DNA from: Eledone cirrhosa
Taxonomy: Eukaryota
Assembly: GCA_964016885.1 (NCBI GenBank)
Contig: OZ024743.1
Location: 323,640,001-323,704,000 of the forward strand
Length of the DNA stretch: 64,000 bases
Direction of reading: 5' to 3'
Under the pieces are notes generated by a model. The model was not told where the DNA came from. It saw only the letters and a list, made by a program, of their open reading frames with translations, and searched no databases. Below are positions 11,630-24,857 of this stretch, in pieces. The translations under genes and the position numbers were made by a program. Every line of letters begins with the position of its first letter. The stretch's first letter is position 1.

Positions 11630-11814
11630 GGGCGGTGGATTGGCAGTATCAGTAGAGGGTCGGACGCTATGCTTTCCAGCATAGTTACGTCCCTTTACGA
11701 TCTGAGTTCAAATCCCGCCGAGGTTGACTTTGCCTTTCATCCTTACGGGGTCGATAAAATAAAGTACCAGTAATACACTGGGTAATTGCTGGCCTTGTGC
11801 CTAAAGTAGAAACA
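11630..11814 (+). mobile_element. tRNA-derived SINE with a 19-bp TSD
   Basis: TSD ATTAATTAATTAATCAAAA at 11611 and 11815. Confidence 0.9.
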
Positions 11815-13228
11815 ATTAATTAATTAATCAAAATTGATAGGGAAACCTATTGTAATTTTTTGAATAAATTATCCAAACATACACAAAGGTAGGTCTAGAT
11901 CATAAGGCACATAAATGTAAGGTGCTACTAGAGTTCTTTATTTTTACGTATGAGTGAATAAATACATCGGCATGTAAAGGGACACAATGTATCTCAAAAA
12001 CTAAAGCAGACTGAGGAAAAATACTGGTGGTTTATTTAAAACCAGTGCCCTAAATATACCCAAGAATATGTCTAACTTCCTAGGTATCAAGATATTGATT
12101 TGTCAGTGTCATTGTAATAAAGTATATTTTTACGGTGCTGGTATAAAAAGTGCTGGTATGTCGCAGAATATAGTAAACTTGACCCGATAAGAAAAGAACA
12201 ATGCTATAAAATATAAGTAAAAATAAAAATTGTTACCCAGTATTTCTGTCTGAGGATTGTTTTAAGAGAATATCTATAGAATACCCAGCCGCTCACACAA
12301 TAATTTAAATCATTTGAAAAATGTATTACGGTACATATAATGTATGTAAAGAGATATAGAGTATAGTGAGGTGAGTGGGATTATTCAATACGTTTTTTTT
12401 TTTAGTAACTTATATCTCGATACCTTTCCAAATATACACTTGCTTATACAGCTCTATTTTTCTTTCTTTTAATCGTGAACCTCAGATTAATGATTCAAGA
12501 GGCCTCACCTTAAGCTTCTTTTTTATTCTTTTTTTTTTAATTCTTTTTTTTAAATTCTTTTTTTTTTTTTGTAGACCAACTTTCTCTCGTTTGAAAAACC
12601 AAACGTTTCTTTGCTCCTCTCTTTCTCTCTGTTTCTCTCTCACGCACATATATATATGCACACGCACACACACACACATCATCATCATCGTTTTATAGTC
12701 CACTTTTCCTGCTGGCAAGGGTTGGACGGGTCTACATAGACCAAATCAGTACTGAAGCGGAGCCACTGACCTCTCAGACAGGTCGGAGGATCTGCATCTT
12801 ACGTTCTATTGAAGGCACAGGGGAGGTCGTCATGTATTTGACACAATTGAAGGGTCTTCCCTACTCTTTGTTTGACAGGCTTTTTACGGTTGGATGCCCT
12901 TCCTATCACCAACCACTTTACAGTATGTACTGGGTACGTTCATCGTATTGATCACCAGCACTAGAGATTGTCATGTCCTTGACACGACTGAAGGGTCCTC
13001 CCAACCCTTTGTTTAACGAGCTTTCTACGGTTGCATGCCCTTCCTAACACACACACGCACACGCACACACACACACGCATACACATATATATATATATAT
13101 GTGTGTGTGTATTGTTACTAACGTATGCAGAGTTTGTCATACATCAACATATATATACACGTGTGTGCGCGCGCAATTATGAATTTATACTATCGTTACC
13201 TCATGTTCCACGTTACCGCTTTTAAATA

Positions 13229-13610
13229 CAGAGTTACGGTCCTTTACGTTCTGCGTTCAAATCCCGCCGAGTTTAACTTTGCCTTTCATACTTACGAGGT
13301 CGATAAAATAAAGCACCAGTAATGTACTGGTGTCGATTTAATCGACTTTCTCCTCTCCCCAAATTGCTGGCCTTGTGCCTATAGTAGAAATCATTATTAC
13401 TATTAATCATTGTTTCTAGGGCGGTGGATTGGCAGTATCGGTAGAGCGTTAGGCACCATGCTTTGTGGCATAGAGTTACCGCCTTTTACAGTCAGAGTTC
13501 AAATCCCGCCGAGGTTAGCTATGCTTTTAATCCTTACGAGGTCGATAAAATAAATTACCACTGGGGTCTATTTAATAGACTTTCCCCTCTCTCAAAATTG
13601 CTGGCCTATG
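13229..13610 (+). mobile_element. two SINE copies (first 5'-truncated)
   Basis: Same B box and core. Confidence 0.8.
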
Positions 13611-13879
13611 TATGTATATATATATATATATGAAAATAGAGAAATTAATGTGAGCAAGAAGCCAACAGTAATTCATAATATATAAGTGACTATTACGTCA
13701 AAATGGAAAATAAATTAACGTAAGATATGGGAAAATAATTCAAACTCAATTAAAAAAAAATCAAGACAGAGATTTTATCCACAGATTTTGTGAAATCCAG
13801 GGAGAAAAACCAATAGAGTCTTAACTCAGAATAAAATAAAGCTTAAATACTCATCCTTCAATTTGGAAAAACTACAAAT

Positions 13880-13960
13880 GCTCTATATAGTCTTAAACAG
13901 ACTATTTCACGAAACTTTTCAGTGGGATTAGTCACGGTTGGAGTCGTTCCTCAGTAGAGC
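13880..13960 (-). ncRNA. type I hammerhead ribozyme (complete)
   Basis: GCUCUA-CUGAGGA-ACGA[31 nt]UCGU-GAAA-UAGUCU(GUUUA)AGACUA-UA|UAGAGC; all three stems Watson-Crick. Confidence 0.85.
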
Positions 13961-14062
13961 TGAACACGATAACCAAAAGGTCACTGTCAAAATATGCCAG
14001 AAAGGGAATTTAAAAGCAGGCTAGTTCACCTCGTGCGTATATATATATATATATATATATAT

Positions 14063-14263
14063 ATAGGAACCAGTAAGACCCCGACTGCTGAGCTCAAGCC
14101 GTTTCGACGGCTAATTCTGGACTGGAAGTCCAGAATTAGCCGTCGAAACGGCTTGAGCTCAGCAGTCGAGGTCTTACTGGTTCCTATTACCCACTCTACT
14201 ACCTCAAGTATTGAGTACTTTGGTGCGTTATGGTCCACCTGGTTCCTTACCACATTTCCTTCG

Positions 14264-14265
<2 letters not shown>
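14063..14265. repeat. 125-bp palindrome plus tail; family member flanked by (TA)n
   Basis: 61-bp arms with 1 mismatch and a 3-nt loop; relatives at 16282-16370, 23572-23715, 33627-33770 and 41112-41290 (reverse). Confidence 0.9.
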
Positions 14266-14324
<59 letters not shown>

Positions 14325-14523
14325 TACATACATTTAGGTTTGTTGGTTCACCACTGGATAGAACTGGTCATTCCGTATAGTCAACCTCGATGTAATATTA
14401 GGGAGAGCACTCGACGTAACGCAACTCACCCGTCTTCGTTTGTGTTGTTGGTGGTGCGAGTACGGAGTTAATTATTATAAAATAACAGGAGGCTGGATTG
14501 GTGTAATTCCTTAAAGGTTTATT

Positions 14524-14581
14524 ATACTATGAACATTTCAATGATCGGGTTCAGTAAGAATCCGGTGACATCATCAGGTAT
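14524..14581 (-). ncRNA. hammerhead-like motif (imperfect stem II)
   Basis: AUAC-CUGAUGA-[31 nt]-GAAA-UG(UU)CA-UA|GUAU. Confidence 0.5.
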
Positions 14582-14721
14582 TCCGAAATTTATACAACAA
14601 AGGAATATAATAATAGACACAACCCAAGGGGCTGAAAAGCAGAGAGAAATGCTCAAGACGAGAAGGCGGCCAAACATTAGCAGTTGCTAGTCTGGGCGGC
14701 CACCTTCATATATATATGAAG

Positions 14722-14772
<51 letters not shown>

Positions 14773-14894
14773 CCGGGTTCAATCGGGAGTAACCACAGTA
14801 AGTGAAGTACTCAATACATTAGTAGAGTATATACAAAATTTAATATAATGGCTTCTACGGTAGAAATTTCATTCGGTAGAAATCACCAGGAAAG

Positions 14895-14979
<85 letters not shown>

Positions 14980-15049
14980 CATTTCAGCTCTAGGAATCGC
15001 TTCTGAGCAGTAATGATTGTAAATGACCTCTCTGAGTCTAAACTCTAAG

Positions 15050-15121
<72 letters not shown>

Positions 15122-15712
15122 CTATATTATATTTTGAGATTAAACTCTTAGTCGTTTACAATTAATCAGCTCCAAGAAAGAGGCATTTCTGAGCAGTGAA
15201 ATACAAGTTATACATTAATATATATGATAAACACAAAACTTGTTTGTATTGCAACAGACAAAGTTAGCTAGCAATGAAATAAACTAATTAAAGTGAATAC
15301 AATTTGTCTGTCTCGATATAAGTCAATAAAGACAAGCTTATATTGGCAAAAGCCGTGATTCCTGGACAAATTTAAATTTCAAAATCCAAACCCGCTCCGT
15401 AGACGAATTTGAACTTCGAAACCTAAATATGTTTCGCAACGATGGTACATGAATTGAAAAATAAAGAGAATCGAAATGGAATTGAAATAAAAAGTGAAAT
15501 ATCCAAATCTTCTGTGCTTATCAACAGGAATCCAGTAAAATTAGTACATTCCACCTTCAAAAATTTTGCAGGTCTGACTACACGTGTGTGTAGCCAGCCA
15601 AACTAGCCGTCCCGCATTCCCGGTGCTAGAAATAACAGCCGTTTATACGGGATTAAAGATCAGCTCTACAGTTAAGGAGCAATATATATATAATGCATTT
15701 CGATATATATAT

Positions 15713-15747
15713 AATGCATTTCGAACTTAACTGGTTCTCATCAGGAC
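15713..15747 (-). ncRNA. hammerhead remnant (3' strand of stem I lost)
   Basis: CUGAUGA-GAAC(CAGUUAA)GUUC-GAAA-UGCA-UU, then TA repeats. Confidence 0.5.
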
Positions 15748-16034
15748 GATCCCTCCCACACTTGTGACTGCTGGACTTGAAAACAGGCAAGAATAAATGG
15801 TTTTCTCGTCTGTGTAAATGAGGTGATTAATCTCATTTGCATATAAAGCTGCATAAGTTGGCTCAACGTATAATAGAATAGAATTAGGATTTAGCTTCAT
15901 GCGTAGCTGTATGCAGATATGTATTGAAATTTCGTATTTCTAAAGAAATACGGTATGTTTATGGATAAACATTTAGAAAGCCGTAGCTATGCCAAAACAC
16001 CAGCGACTTACTTATTCCCGGCAAAAGCAAAGAA

Positions 16035-16085
16035 GAGTGATCGACAGTCCTGTTTCTCGCTCGTTAGCGTTTATCAAGACCACTC
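16035..16085 (-). ncRNA. type I hammerhead ribozyme, U3-A8 variant, at the apex of a fold-back
   Basis: GAGUGGUC-UUGAUAA-A CGCU(AACG)AGCG A-GAAA-CAG(GA)CUG-UC|GAUCACUC; A.A mismatch at 10.1/11.1. Confidence 0.7.
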
Positions 16086-16208
16086 ACCCCTTTGCTTTTG
16101 CCGAGAATAAGTAAGTGACATAGTCACTACTTTAAAACTCATAGCTAATGGTCTTCAAAATGTTTTAAATAAAATATACAGTATATTGCCAAATATACAA
16201 TGCATACA

Positions 16209-16284
<76 letters not shown>

Positions 16285-16367
16285 TTCCTATTACCCACTC
16301 TACTACCCTATGTATTTAGTACTTTGGTGCGTTATGGTCCACCTGGTTCCTTACCACATTTCCTTCG

Positions 16368-16410
<43 letters not shown>

Positions 16411-16794
16411 TTAGGATGGTGATATGGACGAAACAAGAGAAGAAATCCTTCATCAGCTGTAAACCGCAGATCATAGATGTTTCGGCACTCAATAGAGGAC
16501 ATCAAAAGTGATCAGCGGGATCAAAAGGCCAGGAGGGAAAGAAAAGAAATAAAAGAAAAGCAGTGAGGAGAGAGGAAGAAAGAGAAAAAAAACGAGGCAA
16601 ACAGACCGAAGGAGGGGGGGGGGACGTAGGACAATGGAACATGCAAGTGAGTAACCGAGGAAAAAATAGAATAGAATTAGTTACAACGAACCGATTAGAC
16701 TTAAGTCTGGTGATGCAATAACTGGGAGCGCGGTAGCTCCGCCCGATCTCAATCAAAGTGAGGGTAGAGAGAGAGAGAGGGAGAGAGAGAGAGA

Positions 16795-16830
<36 letters not shown>

Positions 16831-16977
16831 GAGAGAGAGAGAGAGACGGAGCAACCGGAAGTGAGAGGGAGAAGGGAAAGAGACATAATCCAAAAGAGTT
16901 TTATGACAGTCGTAAAACGTGTCGTAAACAATCGAAACCAGAGGAGTTTTACGACATCTGTGAAACGTGTCGTAAAC

Positions 16978-17016
<39 letters not shown>

Positions 17017-17369
17017 GTGGAACACTGGAAGATAATATCTGTAGTGGTAGAGCACTCAGTCCAAGGGACGAGTTAGGTAGAAGTGGTTACACAACAGTTA
17101 GTTCATCATACCGAGAACAATTGTTTTACCTTGGCGGATCTTCATTTAAGTTTGGTGGTTTAACACTGGACAGAACTGGTCATTCTGTATAGTTAATCAT
17201 GATATATTGGTAGAAAAAACACTCAACGTTACGCAACACATCCTTCTTTGATGTTGAATCCTGTGGGCAGTGCGGGAACGGAATTAATTATTTTAAACAA
17301 ACTATATATATATATGATAATAATAAATATGATCAAAAAATCAGTATTGCATCATATACATATTTAATT

Positions 17370-17461
17370 ACATATTACATATGTTTCTCTGCATATCAGC
17401 TCGAGGAACGATCGAATAACGTTCGTCCCAGACTCTGGAAATAGAAGCTCCTCAGATATGT
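17370..17461 (-). ncRNA. hammerhead-like motif with a ~60-nt domain II
   Basis: ACAUAU-CUGAGGA-[61 nt]-GAAA-CAUAUG-UA|AUAUGU; base of stem II imperfect. Confidence 0.6.
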
Positions 17462-17620
17462 GTTCTCACATGTAGACGCATGTCCAAATGTTGAATTGTT
17501 AAACACCCGATTCGTTATTTTAGGCTGCCACAGACTTTGTTAGAAGAAATGTGTCTTCGTCGATTTTATCATGCTAAATTGTGTTTGGTCAAATCCCAGT
17601 GGGCAACGTTTACTGTAACT

Positions 17621-17683
<63 letters not shown>

Positions 17684-17782
17684 AATGTAACGTCCAGTTA
17701 CTGTAGGTTCACCAGAGTGAGCACTCGATGCGTAGTTTCCAGTAAGTATAGAGGTGTAGAAATAAGCAGAGGTCCGACGAGC

Positions 17783-17906
<124 letters not shown>

Positions 17907-18094
17907 ATGCTTTAGTCTGCATAACATTATTTTAATTTAAATTGCTTTAATTCTTCGTTTATTGAAATTGTTGGTAGACACATGAAAATGCAATTTTGTA
18001 TTTGAAAAACTATTTAAGGCGCTGATCGAATGTTAAAACTGAACATGATGTGTCTTGCTGTAGGATATCTAAGAACAATATATACAAAACATGA

Positions 18095-18830
18095 GGGATT
18101 GGCAGTATTTGTTCTGTTTTTTTAAATTATTTTGAGTTCAAATCCTGCGGAAGTCTACTTTGCATTTCATCCTTGCGGGACCTATAAAATAAAGAACCTA
18201 TCAAATATTGCTGTTGAGGTAATCGACATTTCCCACTCAACAAATTGTTGGCCTTGTCAGCAAATTTGAGGGAAGGGCAAAGTGGATTAAATCAGCACCC
18301 GTATTTGACTGGTACTTTATTTTATAGAACCCAGAAGGATGAAAGGCAAAGTCGACCTCGGCAGGATTTGAACTCAGAATGTAAAGAACCTAAACAAATA
18401 ATTGTTTCTACTTTTGGCACAAGGTCAGCAATTACCCAGTACATTACTGGTACTTTATTTTATCGATCCCGTAAGGATGAAAGGCAAAGTTAACCGCGAC
18501 AGGATTTGAACTCAGTCCGTAAAGGGATGTAACTCTGTGCTGCAAAGCATGTTGTCCGACCCTCTACCGATACTGCCAATCCGCCAAGTAATGCAATGAC
18601 ATTTCAACCGATAAATTAGAAAATATATTTACATCATCTGCAAGGGGTGCGAATTAGCAGAGTCATTAGGATGTCAGGTAGAGTGCATTGTGTTATTCGT
18701 TCCGACTCTCGACTCTCTCAGTTTAAATCCAGACGAGGTTAACTTTGCTTTTCATCCCTTTGAGGTTGATAAAACATTTACCAGTCACTTTCTATCCTTC
18801 TCTGGAAGAAATCTGCTGTCCTCAGCCGTA
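18095..18830. mobile_element. cluster of four SINE copies in both orientations
   Basis: Core motif at ~18160 (+), 18310-18380 (-), 18400-18585 (-) and 18650-18785 (+). Confidence 0.8.
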
Positions 18831-19194
18831 TATCACTACAGTGCCCTTACGATTCCATTCGGAGTTAGGGGGACCATACAATACCATACCATACCATATT
18901 AACACAAGATTTGTGGTGATAATGGGTTCATACAGATTCTGTCAATTGAAGTAACACCCAACCTTTGAACTACGTGTCACTTCATTATTCATCTGCACCC
19001 ATTGGATAACATTTATCTTAGAATCTGCAGAAATATTACATAGTATTTTCTGAGGATGCGCTATGAATCCGGCCTGTGAAATCGCTTGTATTTGCTTCTA
19101 GGGAAGATGAGAGATAATCGTTTATTTTATAAACACACTACTGTAGGAATCAGGTGCTTAAAATTATTTCTTTATGATTGAAAGACGAGATATA

Positions 19195-19408
19195 CCGGGT
19201 AACCACAAAAAACACTCTGAGCTTGATTATCGCATTGATGTTTGCCGAGCAACAAAAGGGACACACATCGAGTGTCCATGATATTAACTAATACCACATG
19301 AAACTTTGTTAGTTTATACAACTGTAGCCACCAATATTGTAAGAATATTCATTTAAGTTTTCGTATTATAAGTATTTGAAATGAAGGAGTGTTTTTGTGG
19401 TCACCCTG
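19195..19408. mobile_element. Tc1/mariner-like MITE
   Basis: TA|CCGGGTAACCACAAAAAACACTC ... GAGTGTTTTTGTGGTCACCCTG|TA. Confidence 0.7.
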
Positions 19409-19599
19409 TATTCATTTGTTTTATAAACACTACGGTAAGAGCCAGGAGCTTTAAAATATTGATGTATTTATGTCCTTTTCTTTATCATTTCTGTTGTACT
19501 TTAAATGTCTTCAGAACTTCGTATAAACATCGGTGAATATTCAGTACACATCTACACTTTCGTCTACCTTAGATATACAGATTTAAAAGATAAACTTCT

Positions 19600-19730
19600 C
19601 CATTCTGTCCGCCGGCGCCGTGGGGTGGCCAGCACATGGGACCCCATTTGCTCATAATACAGAAAGATGGGGAGGGCGAAAGAGATGGAGGCGATGACAG
19701 TGGGAGTTCGGCTCTTCCGTGTTCGGACCT
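19600..19730 (+). mobile_element. CRE-like 3' fragment
   Basis: Matches the reverse complement of 41932-42062. Confidence 0.7.
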
Positions 19731-20283
19731 GGTGTGCAGCGTCAGTTGTCCGTAGGGAGGTAGTGGAAAGATAAACTTATATTATTATCTATCATGTGTC
19801 AAGTTTACTATTGTTTTTTAAATGTGACATTTTTTTTAAAGCTATCTATTAAGGTACAAAAAAGGGTGTGTGTGATACCTGACCCAGCAGGGGCTGCACC
19901 CTGCCAAGTCATAAAGGTCAATTCAGTCCAACTATACAGCCAATCATAATTCGCTTCCTTATAGGTTTTGGATGTTGTAGTCTGTATCAATAACATCTCA
20001 TTATAGTAAAAACTTCTTTAAGGGATACCGTGAAAGTAATTTCTGTGCGTGCAATATCTTTAATTTGCCGATTAAATGACTCGAGTTGGAGAGGATAAGA
20101 CGTCTGATCAGTACTTTTATGAGACACCCAACAAGGTAATTTCTTTAAAATTCATTTTAATATAACGATTAAAAGATAACTAAAAAAACAAAACAAAACA
20201 AATGCTGTATCGCAGACAAACTATGAAAATCTATTTTTTTTTTTCTAAATATTTCCAGCACAAAAAAATGTTAAATTTTCAAA

Positions 20284-20373
<90 letters not shown>

Positions 20374-20374
20374 A

Positions 20375-20475
20375 CAGGGTGTCCCCAAAAATGTATACAC
20401 ACTTCAACAGCATTCTAATAAATATTGCATGTACAGGTAATCAAAGTGTGTATACATTTTTCGGGGGATACCCTG
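20375..20475. mobile_element. Tc1/mariner-like MITE (101 bp)
   Basis: TA|CAGGGTGTCCCCAAAAATGTATACACACTT ... AAGTGTGTATACATTTTTCGGGGGATACCCTG|TA. Confidence 0.8.
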
Positions 20476-20713
20476 TATATAATGTTGTAGCTGCTATATA
20501 GCAGGTACTAATCGAGCTGTTTAAGGCAATCACAAATCACTCAGTGGATCGATAAGCTAAACATTATCGTCCAGAGTAAAACATAATAGTAAAAAAGTGT
20601 GACACCAAGAAAAACGACCGAATGCAGTGGCTACGCTTATACCACAACAACGATAAATACAAAACGGATACACACACACATATTTATATATACGCAGACA
20701 CACACACACACAG

Positions 20714-20755
<42 letters not shown>

Positions 20756-20802
20756 GTATCAATGATATTAATAAATGGAAACTATATTTATAAAACCATA
20801 TT

Positions 20803-20863
20803 TATTCTATTATATATATTTCAAGGGTACCAAAACTTTGGTACGCTCTCATCAGATAAAATA
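20803..20863 (-). ncRNA. type I hammerhead ribozyme
   Basis: UAUUUUAU-CUGAUGA-GAG C GUACCAAA(GU)UUUGGUAC C CUU-GAAA-UAUAUA-UA|AUAGAAUA. Confidence 0.75.
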
Positions 20864-21208
20864 CAAAATTTGTTTTATAAATAGTGACATACCCAGGAAT
20901 CAGACCTTAACGGTTCAAATATCCCTTTGCTTATATATATATATAGCGGTATTTCGTTTTATAACTACTTGAAATAAATATCCTATTGACATACATTTTT
21001 ATATTATATTCATTCTTTCTACATATCCATTTATTCTTTTACTACCTTCATTCATTGTGCTGTACTAATGCTAGGACACCACCATTTCTCCACCATTTCT
21101 CCTTTTCTCTCGCTTCTATCACTCATACATACGCACACATACACACACTGCTGGAGCACGTTATAGAGTAATATATATACACATATATATATGTGTGCGT
21201 GTGTATAA

Positions 21209-21286
<78 letters not shown>

Positions 21287-21533
21287 AAATATGTATATAA
21301 TACAGACACACACACACACACACACATATATATATGTATACACACACACATATATATATACACACAGACACAAACCCTATCGAGTAACGTTAATCCAAAG
21401 ACTCTTCGGAGGAACCCCATTTAGGCCGGTTGTATTGGTGTTCATATTATTTTGGTTATTACCCAAGATTCATGCCCATAGGTAAGGGCTGGCACGAATA
21501 CCGAATTGAAGATAGCAAGTTTGGTTTTTACAC

Positions 21534-21800
21534 CTATCTTCCTTCTGAATGCTGAAGCTGGCGCATTATTGCACCAGCTCCTGTAATTCTTGTATTTAAT
21601 TTTGCCTTCTGCTTGCCATCACTCGTGAACATAAGATACTTGAACTTCTCCACTTGCTTCAGTGGAACTCTATTCACATATAGTGTGCACTGCGCAGGCG
21701 TCCTTGAGAGGAAGAGTGTCTCAATTTTCGCAGCTCTTATTTCCATTTCAGCCATGCCACACTCGGCATCAAATCTATCAAGTGCAAGTCAAGGATCACT
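21534..21800 (-). mobile_element. RTE-like RT C-terminal fragment
   Basis: KIETLFLSR...LKQVEKFKYL. Confidence 0.6.
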
Positions 21801-21859
21801 TTATGTCTAGTTAAGTAATATCATGTCCTCTGCAAATTCCAGCCGACTGTGATGCCACA

Positions 21860-23498
21860 TCCAAACAGTAGTGGCCCCAAGACGGTTCCTTCTGGCACAC
21901 CGCTTGTTATTGACGTTTCCTTTGGTTGCAACAGTCTGGCTTCTGTATTTTAAGAAGTCATGAAGCCATTTTCCAAGTTTTCCGGCTATGCCAAATCTAC
22001 GTAGTTTGTGACATATCATTCCATGATTAACCTTGTCGAAGGTTTTCGCAAAGTCGAGATATATCACATAACTATACTCGGGCGAAAGCCGTGTTGGGTG
22101 TCAGTTAGAAAACCATTTTCCTCTAGGAAAGTAATCAGTTCCCTTCTGATGACTTTTTCCATGACTTTGCTGATATGTGAAGTTAGAGAGACAGGTCAGT
22201 AGTTTTTACGATCTGTTCTGCTTTCTTCTTTATGGATAGGACATATGCCTTCTTTTAGTTTTCCGGGTAGTTTATCACTTGCAAGAGATCTTTGGAAGAG
22301 GATCTACAATGGTTTTGCTAATGTTTAATTTATTGGAAACCATCATGTTCAGGAGCTGAATTTGGTCTCATTTCGTATATAGTTGCTATTATATCTTTCT
22401 TCTTCATATCTTCATGGTTTATGGTAGCCATTTCTTTGTGCAATGCAGTAGTGCTAAATAACTTATCTGGCTTATTTATTTGCATGCCCCATTGGAGGTG
22501 TGAAAACACTATTGTTCATTCAGTACCTCACTTATACCTTGAGAGTCTGTGGTCAGTGAGCTACTTTTATGGAAAAGTAGTCCTATCCTGTAGTGCACCG
22601 AGGCGGTCTCTTTTGCAAATTTAAAGAAGGCCTTTGAGTTCATTTTTATTTTTTCTATAGTCCTGGCTTCTCTTTCTACCCTCTTCTTTTCATGGGGGAG
22701 TTTCAGTTCATTTTCACTTTCAAACAGTGCCTCTTTCAAATGGGATCTTCGTTCTATTCTCATAACGATTTTCCTGTCTTTGAGAATAATATTTTTGGCC
22801 TTTCTTTCCGCGGCAAACTTTGAGCATATGGCTTGTATTATTTCCATGAATTGCTCAAGTTGTATGTTGACATCTTTCGTAGAGAGATTGTCGGTCCAGG
22901 TTCGCTTCAGGAGCTGCTCCTGAATCCTTTTCCAATTAGCTTTATGGAAGTTTAAGCTGGATAGAGACCAAGTGCTTCCTGTTAGCTGCATATCTACAGT
23001 CTTCCTCGGACTATACATTACTACTTCTACTACGTCCAAGAAAATCGTTGGTGTCACTTTCACATTGTGGAAAAACTCCGTGTTATTCATGAAGCAGAGA
23101 TCCATGGTATTCTCACCTCTTGTTGGATGAAGTACCATTTGTTCCATGAAAAGTATATTTGTAAGGTATAACAAGGATTCTAGGACGTTGAGTCTAATCT
23201 AACTTGATTAGCACTTCTTTGTTTTTTTTTTTAGGCTATCTCTAAACTTGTCCTCGTGTTTGGGAGCGTCTACTGCTCAATATGTGACAGATATTACCAT
23301 TTTGAGTTGCTTTACGTGTACTATTATCGTGTCACAGACAGTTGGAATGTGACAACAGTACTAATGATGTGACATCTTCACGGATGTACAAAGCAACACC
23401 ACCATGAGTTCTCTCCCTCCTGTCAGTTCGAAATATAACATGCTTTGGTATGTGTATTTACGTATCTGCTATGCTGGCTGCCAGGTGAGTTTTAGTTA

Positions 23499-23505
<7 letters not shown>
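21860..23505 (-). mobile_element. decayed CR1/Jockey-like LINE (endonuclease and RT fragments)
   Basis: HPTRGENTMDLCF, NFHKANW, YLDFAKTFDKVNH; multiple stops and frameshifts. Confidence 0.8.
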
Positions 23506-23574
<69 letters not shown>

Positions 23575-24226
23575 AAAATGTTCAAGACCCCGACGGCAGA
23601 GCTCAAGCCGTTTCGATGGCTATTTCTAGTCCTATTACCCACTCTACTACCCTAAGTATTGAGTACTCTGGTGCGTTACGGTCGACCTGGTTCCTTACCG
23701 CACTTCCTTCGTTATATATATATGTATATATTTACCTAAACTGCGATTATCTGTTTCTCTCTTTCTCTCTTACTGTTCCCCCGTTCTCTCTGTTTCTCTT
23801 ACCTTCTTTCGTCCCCTCTGCCAGTTAACACTTTCTCTCGGCTGACCTCTTCCTCGCACTTCCACTCACTCACTCTCTGTTTCTCCCCTTCTCACTTCCT
23901 CCCGTTCGCTAGTAGTGGGGTTCCTTCTTTCTCACACCGCATTCACTGCGTACGGTCTGCTTCTCTGACCGCTCATGAAATTCACCCAGCTATGCTGATC
24001 GGATAACTATCATGTGGCTTGCTGTTTTCCCAACCTTCGGTTTGCTTTTCCTTCTGTTGTTTACTTGTCTCACTCGCTTTACGCGTTTCACTTGTCCCAA
24101 TAGCTCATTTTAGTTATTGCTCGCACCAAACTGAGGTATCTGATTTTTAATGCGATGAAATACCAATGATGGTTGGCAAATCACTGATGAGGGACTAATT
24201 TTATAATATATATATGTATATGTATG

Positions 24227-24458
<232 letters not shown>

Positions 24459-24566
24459 TATGTATGTATATATATATATGTATGTATATATATGTATATG
24501 TATGTATATATATATATATATATGTATATGTATGTATATATATATATATGTATATGTATGTATATA

Positions 24567-24619
<53 letters not shown>

Positions 24620-24676
24620 ATATATATATATATGTATATATATATGTATATGTATGTATGTATATATATATATATG

Positions 24677-24714
<38 letters not shown>

Positions 24715-24723
24715 TATATAAAT

Positions 24724-24851
<128 letters not shown>

Positions 24852-24857
24852 TATGTC

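Noticed and set aside
16440-16500. Permuted hammerhead (GAAA before CUGAUGA); similar at 24155-24196 and 59695-59737
   Set aside because: Stem II and the U16.1 position cannot be satisfied; at best remnants.
19045-19095. CTGAGGA...GAAA on the + strand (also 1375-1442, 45684, 52300; 43875-43912 on -)
   Set aside because: Missing GAAA, broken core or no supporting stems.
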